Source: a virus (Duplodnaviria > Caudoviricetes). From it: a DNA stretch of 24,812 bases. A program made the position numbers and the translations under genes. Positions 16,428 through 24,812 of the stretch are shown in pieces. How positions within the stretch are numbered: position 1 is the stretch's first letter; each line of letters opens with the position of its first letter. The stretch is taken from positions 1-24,812 of the IMG/VR virus record IMGVR_UViG_3300032218_001450. One strand, 5' to 3'. A model generated the notes under the pieces. The model was not told where the DNA came from, ran no database searches, and was given only the letters and a program-made list of their open reading frames with translations.

Positions 16428-18779
16428 ATGACAACTAGAAAATACTCATCCCGTTCACAGCAAACTACTCTCAGTGGTGCTTTGACCTCTAGCGCTACAA
16501 CAACAACTGTTGTATCGGGTTCAGGTTTGCTTGGTGGTATAACCATCAGTGCAGGTGAACTCTTAACTGTTGTTATTGACCCAGATACAGCCCTTGAAGA
16601 AATTGTAGATGTCAGCGCGGTCTCTACCAATACACTTACAATAATTCGCGGTGTTGATGGTTCATCTGGTGTAGCCCACTCTGCTGGCGCCATTGTTCGA
16701 CACATGGCAATTGGTCGTGACTATCGTGAAGCCAATACCCACATCGAGGCAACAACAGGACACGGCGCTACTGGCGCTGTAGTTGGCACAACTAACACTC
16801 AGACTTTAACTAACAAGACTTTAACCAGCCCAACCATTACTTCTGCAACTATGACTGCTCCAGCATTAGGTACACCTACATCTGGTGTTTTAACTAATGC
16901 AACTGGATTGCCACTCACAACTGGTGTGACTGGCACACTGCCAGTAACCAATGGTGGTACTGGAATCACTTCACTTGGAACTGGAATTGCTACATTCCTT
17001 GGAACTCCAACTGGTGCAAACCTTGCTGCTGCTGTAACTGATGAGACAGGTACTGGTAGTTTAGTATTTGCCACTAGTCCAACTTTAATTACACCAGTTC
17101 TTGGTGCGGCTACAGCTACTAGCATCAATGGAACCACAATTCCATCAAGTGCTACTTTAGTTAAAACTAGCGATACTGGCACAGTAACAAGCACAATGAT
17201 TGCTAATGACACAATTGTAAATGCCGATGTAAATACAGCAGCCGCAATTGCTTATAGCAAACTCAATCTTACTGGTGCTATTGTAAATGCTGATATAACA
17301 AATGATACAATTACAAATGCCAAAATTAATACTGCTGCAGCAATTGACTGGACAAAACTTGGTATCTCATCAACTGTTTCATCAACTGAAATTGGTTATG
17401 TAGATGGCGTAACTTCTGCTATCCAAACTCAATTAGATTCTAAATTACCAACTGCTACAGCAGCAACCACATATGCTCCGCTGGCAAGTCCAGCGTTGAC
17501 TGGTGTTCCCACTGCTCCAACTGCTACTGCTGGTACAAGTACCACTCAAGTAGCAACTACAGCATTCGTAGGAACAGCAGTCACTAACCTTGTAGCCGCT
17601 GCTCCTGCAGCACTTGATACTCTTAATGAGTTGGCAACAGCCCTTGGTAATGACGCATCATTCTCAACTACAGTAACTAACAGCATTGCAACTAAGTTAC
17701 CTCTTGCTGGTGGCACAATGTCAGGTGCTATTGCTATGGGCACTAACAAGATTACTGGTATGGGAACACCTACAGTATCTACTGATGCAGCCACTAAAGG
17801 CTATGTAGATGGCGTAACAGTTGCTCCTAGCAACTTGACTGGTCCAATTACTTCTGTTGGCTCAGCAACATCTATTGCTTCACAGACTGGTACTGGAACT
17901 AAATTTGTAGTTGATACTAGCCCAACACTTGTTACTCCTGTGCTAGGAGTGGCTACAGCCACCAGCATTAACGGTACAACAATTCCATCAACTAAAACTT
18001 TAGTAGTTACTACAGATAAATTATCAGCACTTGCTGCTACAACATCTGCAGAACTTGCTGGTGTTATTTCAGATGAAACTGGTACTGGTGCATTAGTATT
18101 TGCCAGTACTCCAACACTTGTAACTCCTGTATTGGGTGCAGCAACTGCTACCAGCATCAACGGAACTACAATTCCTACATCAGCAACTTTGATTACATCT
18201 GGTGGCGCTCTTGGAACTCCTGCATCTGGAACCCTTACTAATGCTACTGGTCTACCAGTAAGCGGTATAACTGCTTCAACTTCAACAGCACTTGGTGTGG
18301 GTAGCGTTGAACTAGGGCACGCAACTGATACAACTATTGCCAGAGTTTCTGCTGGTGTTGTTTCTATTGAAGGTGTTAATGTTGTCACTACTTCATCAAC
18401 AGATACTCTTACTAATAAAACTTTAACTGCTCCAGTAATATCTAGTCCTAAGATTTCATCTACCTATACAGCCAAGACTGCTGCATATACCTTTGCCTCT
18501 GGCGATGAAGGTAATATATTCTCAATGAACAATGCGGCAACTCAGCAGTTTAATATCCCAACTGATGCCACATTTAACTTTGCAGTAGGTACGGAAATTA
18601 ACGTCTTCTGGATTACAGGTGCAGGTCAACCAACAATTGGTGCAGTAACTCCTGGAACTACAACTGTAATTTCAACTGGTGCTACAAGTGCTACACCTAA
18701 ACTGCGTGTTGTTAACTCTGGTGCTACTTGTAAGAAACTTGCTGCTAATAGTTGGATAGTGTTTGGAGATTTAGCCTAA
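16428..18779 (+). CDS. Tail fibre protein, Thr/Ala/Gly-rich, modular
   Basis: Common fibre motifs '[16 protein letters not shown]', '[18 protein letters not shown]', 'TLTNKTLT' and C-terminal 'WIVFGDLA'. Confidence 0.85.
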   Translation: MTTRKYSSRSQQTTLSGALTSSATTTTVVSGSGLLGGITISAGELLTVVIDPDTALEEIVDVSAVSTNTLTIIRGVDGSSGVAHSAGAIVRHMAIGRDYREANTHIEATTGHGATGAVVGTTNTQTLTNKTLTSPTITSATMTAPALGTPTSGVLTNATGLPLTTGVTGTLPVTNGGTGITSLGTGIATFLGTPTGANLAAAVTDETGTGSLVFATSPTLITPVLGAATATSINGTTIPSSATLVKTSDTGTVTSTMIANDTIVNADVNTAAAIAYSKLNLTGAIVNADITNDTITNAKINTAAAIDWTKLGISSTVSSTEIGYVDGVTSAIQTQLDSKLPTATAATTYAPLASPALTGVPTAPTATAGTSTTQVATTAFVGTAVTNLVAAAPAALDTLNELATALGNDASFSTTVTNSIATKLPLAGGTMSGAIAMGTNKITGMGTPTVSTDAATKGYVDGVTVAPSNLTGPITSVGSATSIASQTGTGTKFVVDTSPTLVTPVLGVATATSINGTTIPSTKTLVVTTDKLSALAATTSAELAGVISDETGTGALVFASTPTLVTPVLGAATATSINGTTIPTSATLITSGGALGTPASGTLTNATGLPVSGITASTSTALGVGSVELGHATDTTIARVSAGVVSIEGVNVVTTSSTDTLTNKTLTAPVISSPKISSTYTAKTAAYTFASGDEGNIFSMNNAATQQFNIPTDATFNFAVGTEINVFWITGAGQPTIGAVTPGTTTVISTGATSATPKLRVVNSGATCKKLAANSWIVFGDLA
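16803..18434 (+). repeat. Dispersed module repeats inside the tail fibre
   Basis: A: TLTNKTLT at ~16803 and ~18405. B: [15 protein letters not shown] at 16863-16913 and 18207-18257. C: (DE)TGTG..V...[21 protein letters not shown] at 17040-17144, 17886-17987 and 18072-18176. Confidence 0.85.
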
Positions 18780-19348
18780 TGACACCAATGCTAGGGATTA
18801 TGGCTAGTGGTATTTCGGGTAATCTTTGGAAACCAGGCGCAGACTTTGACAGCATTGCGACAACTACGGTTGGCGCTGGTGGTGTTTCAAGCGTAACTTT
18901 CAGTTCTATTCCACAGACTTATCGCCACTTACAAATTCGTGGTATTGGTCGCACCAATAGAACTGCTGGCGGCGCTGATGACAACCTCAAGATTACTCTA
19001 AATTCAGACACCACTTATTCTTGGCACTACTTACTAGGTGATGGTGCATCCGCTTCAGCAGGTGGTGGAACTTCATCAAGTGCAATGCTTCAAGTGGGTC
19101 TGCCTGGCGCAACAGCGACAACTGCTTTTAGCGCATCAATTGTTGATTTACTTGACTATACTTCAATTTCAAAAAATAAAACTATTAGAACGCTTAGTGG
19201 TTATGACACAAATGGCGGTGGCATTTTAGGTTTATCCTCTGGTCTTGATTATGCAACATCAGCAGCAATCACAAGCATAACAATATCAAGCTGGAACGCT
19301 GCAACAATAGTTCAGTATTCTTCCTTCGCACTTTACGGGGTGAAATAA
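18779..19348 (+). CDS. Fibre-associated beta-rich protein, paralog 1 (start revised to ATG 18779)
   Basis: TAATG overlap with the fibre stop; 'IATTTVGAGGVSSVTFSSIPQTY...SSFALYG'. Confidence 0.75.
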   Translation: MTPMLGIMASGISGNLWKPGADFDSIATTTVGAGGVSSVTFSSIPQTYRHLQIRGIGRTNRTAGGADDNLKITLNSDTTYSWHYLLGDGASASAGGGTSSSAMLQVGLPGATATTAFSASIVDLLDYTSISKNKTIRTLSGYDTNGGGILGLSSGLDYATSAAITSITISSWNAATIVQYSSFALYGVK

Positions 19349-19349
19349 T

Positions 19350-19844
19350 ATGGCCGCAGGAAATACATACACACAGATTGCCTCAACCACTCTTGGTTCT
19401 AGTGCTTCAAGCGTTACATTTTCAAGCATTGCTGGCACTTATACTGATTTAGTTTTGATGGTTGCTGGAACCGCAAGCGGTGGAGATGATATTTTAATGC
19501 AGTTCAATTCAGATACTGCTAACAATTATTCATACACAATTCTTTATGGAAATGGAACCGCAGCAGGTTCGACCAGAGGGTCTAGTGGAACTTCCATTTT
19601 TGTTGATTATTACGGTTCAATGGGAACTGGTCAAAACAATCGCATTATCAATGTTAATAATTATTCTAATGCAACCACATACAAGACTAGCTTAATTCGC
19701 GCCAGCAATGCCGCATCAGGTACGGATGCAATCGTAGGTTTATGGCGCAGCACATCTGCTATCAATGCCATTCGATTATTTATGGCTTCGGCTACTTTTA
19801 GCACAGGAACAACATTCAACTTGTATGGCATAAGTGCCGCTTAG
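19350..19844 (+). CDS. Fibre-associated beta-rich protein, paralog 2
   Basis: 'IASTTLGSSASSVTFSSIAGTYTDLVL...FNSD...TTFNLYG'. Confidence 0.75.
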   Translation: MAAGNTYTQIASTTLGSSASSVTFSSIAGTYTDLVLMVAGTASGGDDILMQFNSDTANNYSYTILYGNGTAAGSTRGSSGTSIFVDYYGSMGTGQNNRIINVNNYSNATTYKTSLIRASNAASGTDAIVGLWRSTSAINAIRLFMASATFSTGTTFNLYGISAA

Positions 19845-19863
19845 GAAAATGGGGAATAACTAA

Positions 19864-21180
19864 ATGGCTAATACATACACACTCCTAGAAACAATCACCG
19901 TTGGCGCTGCGGGAGCAACCAGCGTCACATTCAACAGTATCCCTCAAACTGGCTACACCGATTTGGTGTTGAAGGTTTCAGCAAGGACTACTCGCGCCTA
20001 TCTTGAAGATTCCGCCTTGATGCGTTTTAATGGTGATAGTGGAAGCAACTACACTAAGAAAATTTTATACGCAGATGGCGCAACTCCTGCAAGTGGTGGT
20101 GGTACATCCACTAATTTGGATTTCTATGTTTGCGGTGACACTGCAACAGCAAGCACTTTTGGCAACACTGAAATAACAATTCCTAATTATAGAAGTTCAA
20201 ATTACAAATCAGTATCAATTGACGCTGTTACTGAAAACAATGCAACAACTGCGCTGACTTGGCTAGAAGCAGGCAGTTGGAATAACACCGCAGCAATTAC
20301 AACTATTTCATTAACTCCAAATTCAGGAACATACAAGCAATACTCAACCTTCTCCCTTTACGGCGTATCTGCCCTTGGCACTACTCCAACAAAGGCACCA
20401 AAGGCAACTGGCGGCGATATTATTATGACCGACGGTACTTATTGGATACATACATTCCTTAGCTCAGGCACTTTTACTCCAGCCACAGCGCTATCTTGTG
20501 ACTACTTAGTAGTTGCAGGTGGTGGCGGTGGTGGTGGTGGTGATAATAGTGGCTTGAATTGGCCAGGCGGCGGTGGTGCTGGTGGATATAAAACTGCATC
20601 TGGTTTTGCAGTAACTTCTGGATTGGCTATTACGGTTACAGTTGGTGCTGGCGGTGCTGGCGCTTTATCAGGTAATGGTACAACTGGTACATCATCCGTA
20701 TTTAGTACAATTACATCAAGTGGCGGCGGCGGTGGTGCTGGTACCGATAGGGTTGGTATTGGCGGTGGCTCTGGCGGCGGTGGTGGCGGTAATTTTGCGG
20801 GTGGTGCTGGTACATCTGGTCAAGGTAATAATGGTGGTTCGGGTATTTCTGGTACTAGCGATGCTGGCGGCGGCGGCGGCGGCGCTGGTTCAGTAGGTGG
20901 TAACGCAACCACACAAATTGGCGGTGCTGGTGGTACAGGTTCTACATCATCTATTAGTGGTGCATCAGTCACTTATGCTGCGGGTGGTCAAGGAAGTGGT
21001 TACTACACCGTTCCAACGGCTGCTTCAGGAATTGGTGGAAAAGGTGGAAGTGGTGCTAATGCTGGTGGTTGCACTGCTGGTAATGCCAACACTGGCTCTG
21101 GCGGCGGTGGCGGTGACTCTTACAATGTTTCAGGTGGTGCTGGCGGTTCAGGTCTAGTAATTGTGAGGTATTTAGCGTGA
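19864..21180 (+). CDS. Fibre-associated protein, paralog 3, fused to a glycine-rich domain
   Basis: 'ITVGAAGATSVTFNSIPQTGYTDLVL...STFSLYG' followed by 'HTFLSSGTF...YLVVAGGGGGGGG...GGSGLVIVRY'. Confidence 0.8.
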   Translation: MANTYTLLETITVGAAGATSVTFNSIPQTGYTDLVLKVSARTTRAYLEDSALMRFNGDSGSNYTKKILYADGATPASGGGTSTNLDFYVCGDTATASTFGNTEITIPNYRSSNYKSVSIDAVTENNATTALTWLEAGSWNNTAAITTISLTPNSGTYKQYSTFSLYGVSALGTTPTKAPKATGGDIIMTDGTYWIHTFLSSGTFTPATALSCDYLVVAGGGGGGGGDNSGLNWPGGGGAGGYKTASGFAVTSGLAITVTVGAGGAGALSGNGTTGTSSVFSTITSSGGGGGAGTDRVGIGGGSGGGGGGNFAGGAGTSGQGNNGGSGISGTSDAGGGGGGAGSVGGNATTQIGGAGGTGSTSSISGASVTYAAGGQGSGYYTVPTAASGIGGKGGSGANAGGCTAGNANTGSGGGGGDSYNVSGGAGGSGLVIVRYLA

Positions 21181-21485
21181 GTCATTTTGCAGAGATAGAC
21201 CCTAACGGTGGAACCGTTCTACGGGTATTAGTTGTACCAAATGAGCAAGAACACCGAGGACAAGACTTCCTAGCCAATGAACTTGGCTTAGGTGGTCTTT
21301 GGATTCAGACAAGTTACAACAACAATATCCGTTACAACTATGCGGGAATTGGTTTTACCTACGATGCCACCCGTGATGCCTTCATCTCGCCTAAGTGCCA
21401 CGATGAAGCAACGCTAGATGAGGCAACCTGCCGATGGATTTGCAATAACGCTGACCATACAATCAAGGAGATAGAGAATGTCTGA
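21177..21485 (+). CDS. Small tail-fibre-associated protein, 102 aa
   Basis: GTGA overlap; 'HFAEID...WIQTSYN..IR.NYAGIG..YD...DAFI.P' type commonly follows glycine-rich phage proteins (recollection). Confidence 0.7.
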   Translation: MSHFAEIDPNGGTVLRVLVVPNEQEHRGQDFLANELGLGGLWIQTSYNNNIRYNYAGIGFTYDATRDAFISPKCHDEATLDEATCRWICNNADHTIKEIENV

Positions 21486-21711
21486 TACACCAATCAAAAT
21501 CGAAGTTAATTGCGCTACTGGTATCGCTGTTGAGGTACCGCTAACTGCGGAAGAAATCGCACAGCGCGAAGTAGATGCCGCTGCTGCTGCTACTGCTAAA
21601 GCAGAAGCCGATGCTATTGCTGCTGCTGAAGCAGATGCTAAGGCATCAGCACGGGGCAAGTTAGCAGCACTTGGTTTAACTGCTGAAGAAATCGCAGCGC
21701 TAAGTAAGTAA
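21478..21711 (+). CDS. Small Ala-rich coiled-coil protein, possible fibre chaperone, 77 aa
   Basis: AAGGAG RBS; LTAEEIA occurs twice around an Ala-rich helix. Confidence 0.75.
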   Translation: MSDTPIKIEVNCATGIAVEVPLTAEEIAQREVDAAAAATAKAEADAIAAAEADAKASARGKLAALGLTAEEIAALSK

Positions 21712-21736
21712 TTCAATTCAACTTTAAGGAGTCATA

Positions 21737-23665
21737 GTGGCAAGAGACATAACCGAAGGTAGAGCCACGCAATCAATTGCGATTGATATTGGTGTTGTTT
21801 CTACCACTAGTACTTGGCAGAATACTGACATTGCTTATGACGTAGCAATTGGTGGACTTCCTTTTATTTATGCTATTAATGATACACGTCCTTACATTCG
21901 TCAAACTGCACCTTTCAAAAAAGACCAGTTTGATAATGGTTCAGAGCCTGGCGAGCAATCGTTAACTGGTTGGTGGATTCGTTCTCAATCATCTTTCCAT
22001 TCTGGTATGGGTATTAAATTTTTTGACACCCAACGCTCTTTCCAAAGTGTCGATGCTCGATATACTCGTTATGCAGATAGTCGTAATATTGACGTATGGA
22101 CAGAAGGACAAGCCACTCTGTTAAAAGAGACAGCGAATATGTCTGGCGTAACTACGGGTATTTACAAACTTATCTCTGCTCAAAGTGGAAGTAATGATGT
22201 TGTAATTGGTTACATACCAGGTACAACTACAATTAAATCTTTTGCTGCTGATGGAACAGTGATAACAACTTATGCTCCTACTGGGTTAGGTAATATTCTA
22301 GATGGCGGAGTGTGTACAGATGGTACACGTCTATTTGTAGCAGACTCAGACCATATCTACCAAGGCCCAATTAATGCGGCTTCTGCTGGTTGGTCAGAGT
22401 ACTATCCAACTGGTAGTCGAGCAACTCTTGCTTGGGTTAAGCAACGTTTGGTTGCTGCGGTAACCAACTCTATTTACGAACTTACTGCACCTGCTGGTAT
22501 TTACGCAGCACTTCCAACTCCAGTTTATACACATCCTAATACTGAATGGAAATGGACATCCATCTCTGAATCAGGTGGGGCTATTTATGCTGCTGGTTAT
22601 GCTGGTGGCAACTCTGCAATTTATAAATTTACTTTAACTAGTGCTGGTGTCATGCCAACGCTAACATCTGGAGTGGTAGCAGCACAGTTCCCAATTGGTG
22701 AAGTGGTAAACAAGATTGAATACTATCTTGGCTATCTAATGATTGGAACCAATAAAGGCGTAAGAGCATCGGTTGTTTCCGAAACAGATGGTTCTATCAA
22801 CTACGGCCCTCTAATCATTGAAGATTCTAATGGTGTATATGATTTTGCTTTTAGAGATAGATTTGTCTGGCTTACTTCTTCAATAGGTGGCTTTGCTGGT
22901 CTATACCGTATTGATTTAAGTAATGAAATTTCAACACTAGATTTTGCTTACGCAACAGATGCTTATCTTGATGGCATTACTGGCTATGCAACAAGTGTAG
23001 ATTTTGTAGGAAATTCAAATCAAGTAGCATTCACTACTTCTGGTAGCAATGGTATCGCAATTCAGTCAACCACAGTTTTGGCAATATCAGGGTATCTAAC
23101 TACAGGTAATATCCGTTACGGAACTCTAGAGCCTAAAAACTTTAAGCGTTTATTAGGACGTGGTGATTTCACCTACGGTTCTATGACACTTGAGACTGTA
23201 GATAAAAATGGTGTTGAGTATGACCACATATCATACGATGCAAACATTGCTCCAATCGAAGTAACAACTTCCAATCCAGCAACTGCTCAAGAATATGTGG
23301 CTTACAAGTTTATCATGTATCGTGATGCAACTGTTACAACATCTGGCCCAATCTTCAAAGGTTACCAAGCCAAAGCAACTATTGCTACCCCACGTCAACG
23401 TATAGTTAAATTTCCAGTATACTGCTTTGATGTAGAGACAGATAGATTTAATACAGTAGTTGGCTACCAAGGTAGAGCATTTGAGAAGATGCAAAGATTA
23501 GAAGATATAGAAACAAGCGGAGATGTATTAACATGGCAAGATTTGTCGACAGGAGAATCTCGTCAAGCAGTAATAGAAGAAATCACATTCACTCGTATGA
23601 CTCCACCAGATAAACGTTTCGACGGTTTCGGTGGCGTCCTTGAAATAACCATTAGGACTGTATAA
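21737..23665 (+). CDS. Tail nozzle (tail tubular protein B-like, beta-propeller)
   Basis: AAGGAG RBS and GTG start; 642 aa of short beta-strand repeats; last structural gene before lysis. Function from composition and synteny. Confidence 0.6.
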   Translation: MARDITEGRATQSIAIDIGVVSTTSTWQNTDIAYDVAIGGLPFIYAINDTRPYIRQTAPFKKDQFDNGSEPGEQSLTGWWIRSQSSFHSGMGIKFFDTQRSFQSVDARYTRYADSRNIDVWTEGQATLLKETANMSGVTTGIYKLISAQSGSNDVVIGYIPGTTTIKSFAADGTVITTYAPTGLGNILDGGVCTDGTRLFVADSDHIYQGPINAASAGWSEYYPTGSRATLAWVKQRLVAAVTNSIYELTAPAGIYAALPTPVYTHPNTEWKWTSISESGGAIYAAGYAGGNSAIYKFTLTSAGVMPTLTSGVVAAQFPIGEVVNKIEYYLGYLMIGTNKGVRASVVSETDGSINYGPLIIEDSNGVYDFAFRDRFVWLTSSIGGFAGLYRIDLSNEISTLDFAYATDAYLDGITGYATSVDFVGNSNQVAFTTSGSNGIAIQSTTVLAISGYLTTGNIRYGTLEPKNFKRLLGRGDFTYGSMTLETVDKNGVEYDHISYDANIAPIEVTTSNPATAQEYVAYKFIMYRDATVTTSGPIFKGYQAKATIATPRQRIVKFPVYCFDVETDRFNTVVGYQGRAFEKMQRLEDIETSGDVLTWQDLSTGESRQAVIEEITFTRMTPPDKRFDGFGGVLEITIRTV

Positions 23666-23859
23666 TGCAATTAAAAGACTACCTAACAGTGGCAGTTGCC
23701 GTCATAGCAATATTTTCAGCATTTGCTGGTGGCATGAAGTGGATGGTCAAACACTACTTATACGAGTTAAAACCTAATGGTGGCTCAACCCTTAAAGATT
23801 CAGTACAACGTTTAGAAGAACGCATCGATGACCTCTACAAGTTAATGGCGGAAAAATAA
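23665..23859 (+). CDS. Single-TM membrane protein with coiled coil (lysis-associated)
   Basis: Hydrophobic LTVAVAVIAIFSAFAGG, then 'ELKPNGGSTLKD..RLE', a pattern I associate with actinophage lysis cassettes. Confidence 0.7.
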   Translation: MQLKDYLTVAVAVIAIFSAFAGGMKWMVKHYLYELKPNGGSTLKDSVQRLEERIDDLYKLMAEK

Positions 23860-24362
23860 TGACACAGGTAGAACAGTTTATAGAAATAGCAACAAAAGAA
23901 ATTGGAACAGTTGAGGTTGGTGATAACCATACTAAGTATGGCAAACTCACAGGACATGATGGACAACCTTGGTGTGGTTCTTTCGTAATGTGGTGCGCAG
24001 CACAACTCAAGCCAGCACTTAAAATTCCTAATTGTGTTTATACTCCAGCGGGAGCCACAGGTTTTCAAGGTCTTGGTAGTTGGTCAAACGCAGCAACAGC
24101 CAAGCCTAAGCCAGGAGATATCGTATTCTTTGACTTTGTCCAAGGTGGTAATCCTGTAGAACATGTAGGGATTGTTGTAAAAGATAACCTAGATGGAACA
24201 GTTACAACAATCGAGGGTAATACCTCACCAGAACATAAAGCCAAAGGCTCACAAGCCAATGGTGGTGAAGTAGCACTTCGTATCCGCGCCTACAAAAAAG
24301 ATAACAAGCGTAAACTCTCAGCATTTATTGTTGGGTTTGGTTCACCAAAGTTCACAAAATAG
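23859..24362 (+). CDS. CHAP-domain endolysin
   Basis: PWCGSFV (catalytic Cys), PGDIVFF, HVGIV (catalytic His), TIEGNT. Confidence 0.9.
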   Translation: MTQVEQFIEIATKEIGTVEVGDNHTKYGKLTGHDGQPWCGSFVMWCAAQLKPALKIPNCVYTPAGATGFQGLGSWSNAATAKPKPGDIVFFDFVQGGNPVEHVGIVVKDNLDGTVTTIEGNTSPEHKAKGSQANGGEVALRIRAYKKDNKRKLSAFIVGFGSPKFTK

Positions 24363-24370
24363 GAGATAAA

Positions 24371-24562
24371 ATGAATAAAGTAAAAGCACAAGCAATCCTG
24401 TCAACCTACCTACGAGCAGCAGTGGCATCAGTTATTGCCCTGTATTTAGCAGGCGTAACAGACCCTAAGGCTCTAGCCTCAGCAGCACTAGCCGCAGTCG
24501 CTGGCCCAGTCCTTAAGGCACTAGACCCTAAGTCAACAGAGTTTGGCAAGCAAGCAAAATAG
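24371..24562 (+). CDS. Holin
   Basis: AGGAG RBS; two hydrophobic segments and basic termini; directly after the endolysin. Confidence 0.7.
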   Translation: MNKVKAQAILSTYLRAAVASVIALYLAGVTDPKALASAALAAVAGPVLKALDPKSTEFGKQAK

Positions 24563-24593
24563 TACTCATATAGGGCTCTAGCAGCCCCGTAGA

Positions 24594-24651
24594 GACAAGA
24601 AACCCCCTTACCTTAGGTATTATCCTAGGGCGAGGGGGTCTTTTGTCATTT
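24594..24651. terminator. Long bidirectional terminator hairpin between convergent genes
   Basis: GACAAGAAACCCCCTTACCTTAGG 24594-24617 pairs with CCTAGGGCGAGGGGGTCTTTTGTC 24624-24647, loop TATTAT; T-rich 3' arm and A-rich 5' arm. Confidence 0.8.
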
Positions 24652-24658
24652 CTGAAGG

Positions 24659-24812
24659 TTAATCGTCGTCCTCAAAGTCCTCAAGACTCTCCCAAAGTAA
24701 GTCCAAATCTCGCTTATTCTTGGCTGACTTGATAGCGTTTACCGCAACATCAAACAGGTAGAATGTAATATTTGCTAACAATACACCATAAAACACAGAC
24801 CACAATGTGGAC
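24659..24812 (-). CDS. Convergent small membrane protein with acidic tail (5' end just outside the window)
   Basis: Minus strand reads STLWSVFYGVLLANITFYLFDVAVNAIKSAKNKRDLDLLWESLEDFEDDD*; stop is next to the terminator. Confidence 0.65.
   Translation of the reverse strand, partial: STLWSVFYGVLLANITFYLFDVAVNAIKSAKNKRDLDLLWESLEDFEDDD

Larger units (their letters stand above)
1..24812 (+). mobile_element. Tailed phage genome segment (podovirus-like), structural and lysis module; probable freshwater actinobacterial phage
   Basis: Co-oriented terminase end, portal, scaffold, capsid, adaptor, fibre, nozzle, CHAP endolysin and holin; many TAATG/ATGA stop-start overlaps; no host housekeeping genes or integrase seen. 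Host assignment is inference. Confidence 0.93.

Noticed and set aside
17546-18388. Long minus-strand ORFs (17546-17794, 17801-18388; also 16799-17212, 9238-9630, 11917-12462 and similar)
   Set aside because: Antisense shadows of codon-biased + strand genes; no RBS and no recognisable motifs.
18779-20370. Diversity-generating retroelement TR/VR among the three paralogs
   Set aside because: Divergence is not adenine-specific, there is no near-identical DNA repeat, and no reverse transcriptase in the window.
20518-21150. GGT/GGC triplet runs as a microsatellite or CRISPR-like array
   Set aside because: They encode polyglycine tracts in frame; there is no repeat-spacer structure.

Overview
This window is the late (morphogenesis and lysis) operon of a tailed dsDNA phage, almost entirely on the + strand with tightly packed, translationally coupled genes. 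Gene order: terminase large subunit 3' end, portal, a stand-alone proteasome-beta/HslV-like Ntn protease, putative internal virion (ejection) proteins of 1713, 323 and 503 aa, a structured RNA leader, scaffold, major capsid protein, five tiny basic proteins, a GT-A glycosyltransferase, head-tail adaptor, Thr-rich tail fibre, three paralogous fibre-tip/receptor-module proteins, nozzle, membrane protein, CHAP endolysin, holin, a long bidirectional terminator hairpin, and a convergent gene. No tail tube or tape measure gene is recognisable, so a podovirus-like virion is inferred. The lysis cassette and overall style resemble phages of low-GC freshwater Actinobacteria (inference, no search run). 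Most notable: (1) the Ntn protease directly after the portal; (2) a pseudoknot and switch-like leader upstream of the scaffold, with the start codon in a hairpin loop; (3) apparent total absence of GATC, with AGCT found only in the fibre cassette; (4) a glycosyltransferase and a cluster of basic mini-proteins embedded among virion genes. All calls come from reading motifs and gene order by eye.
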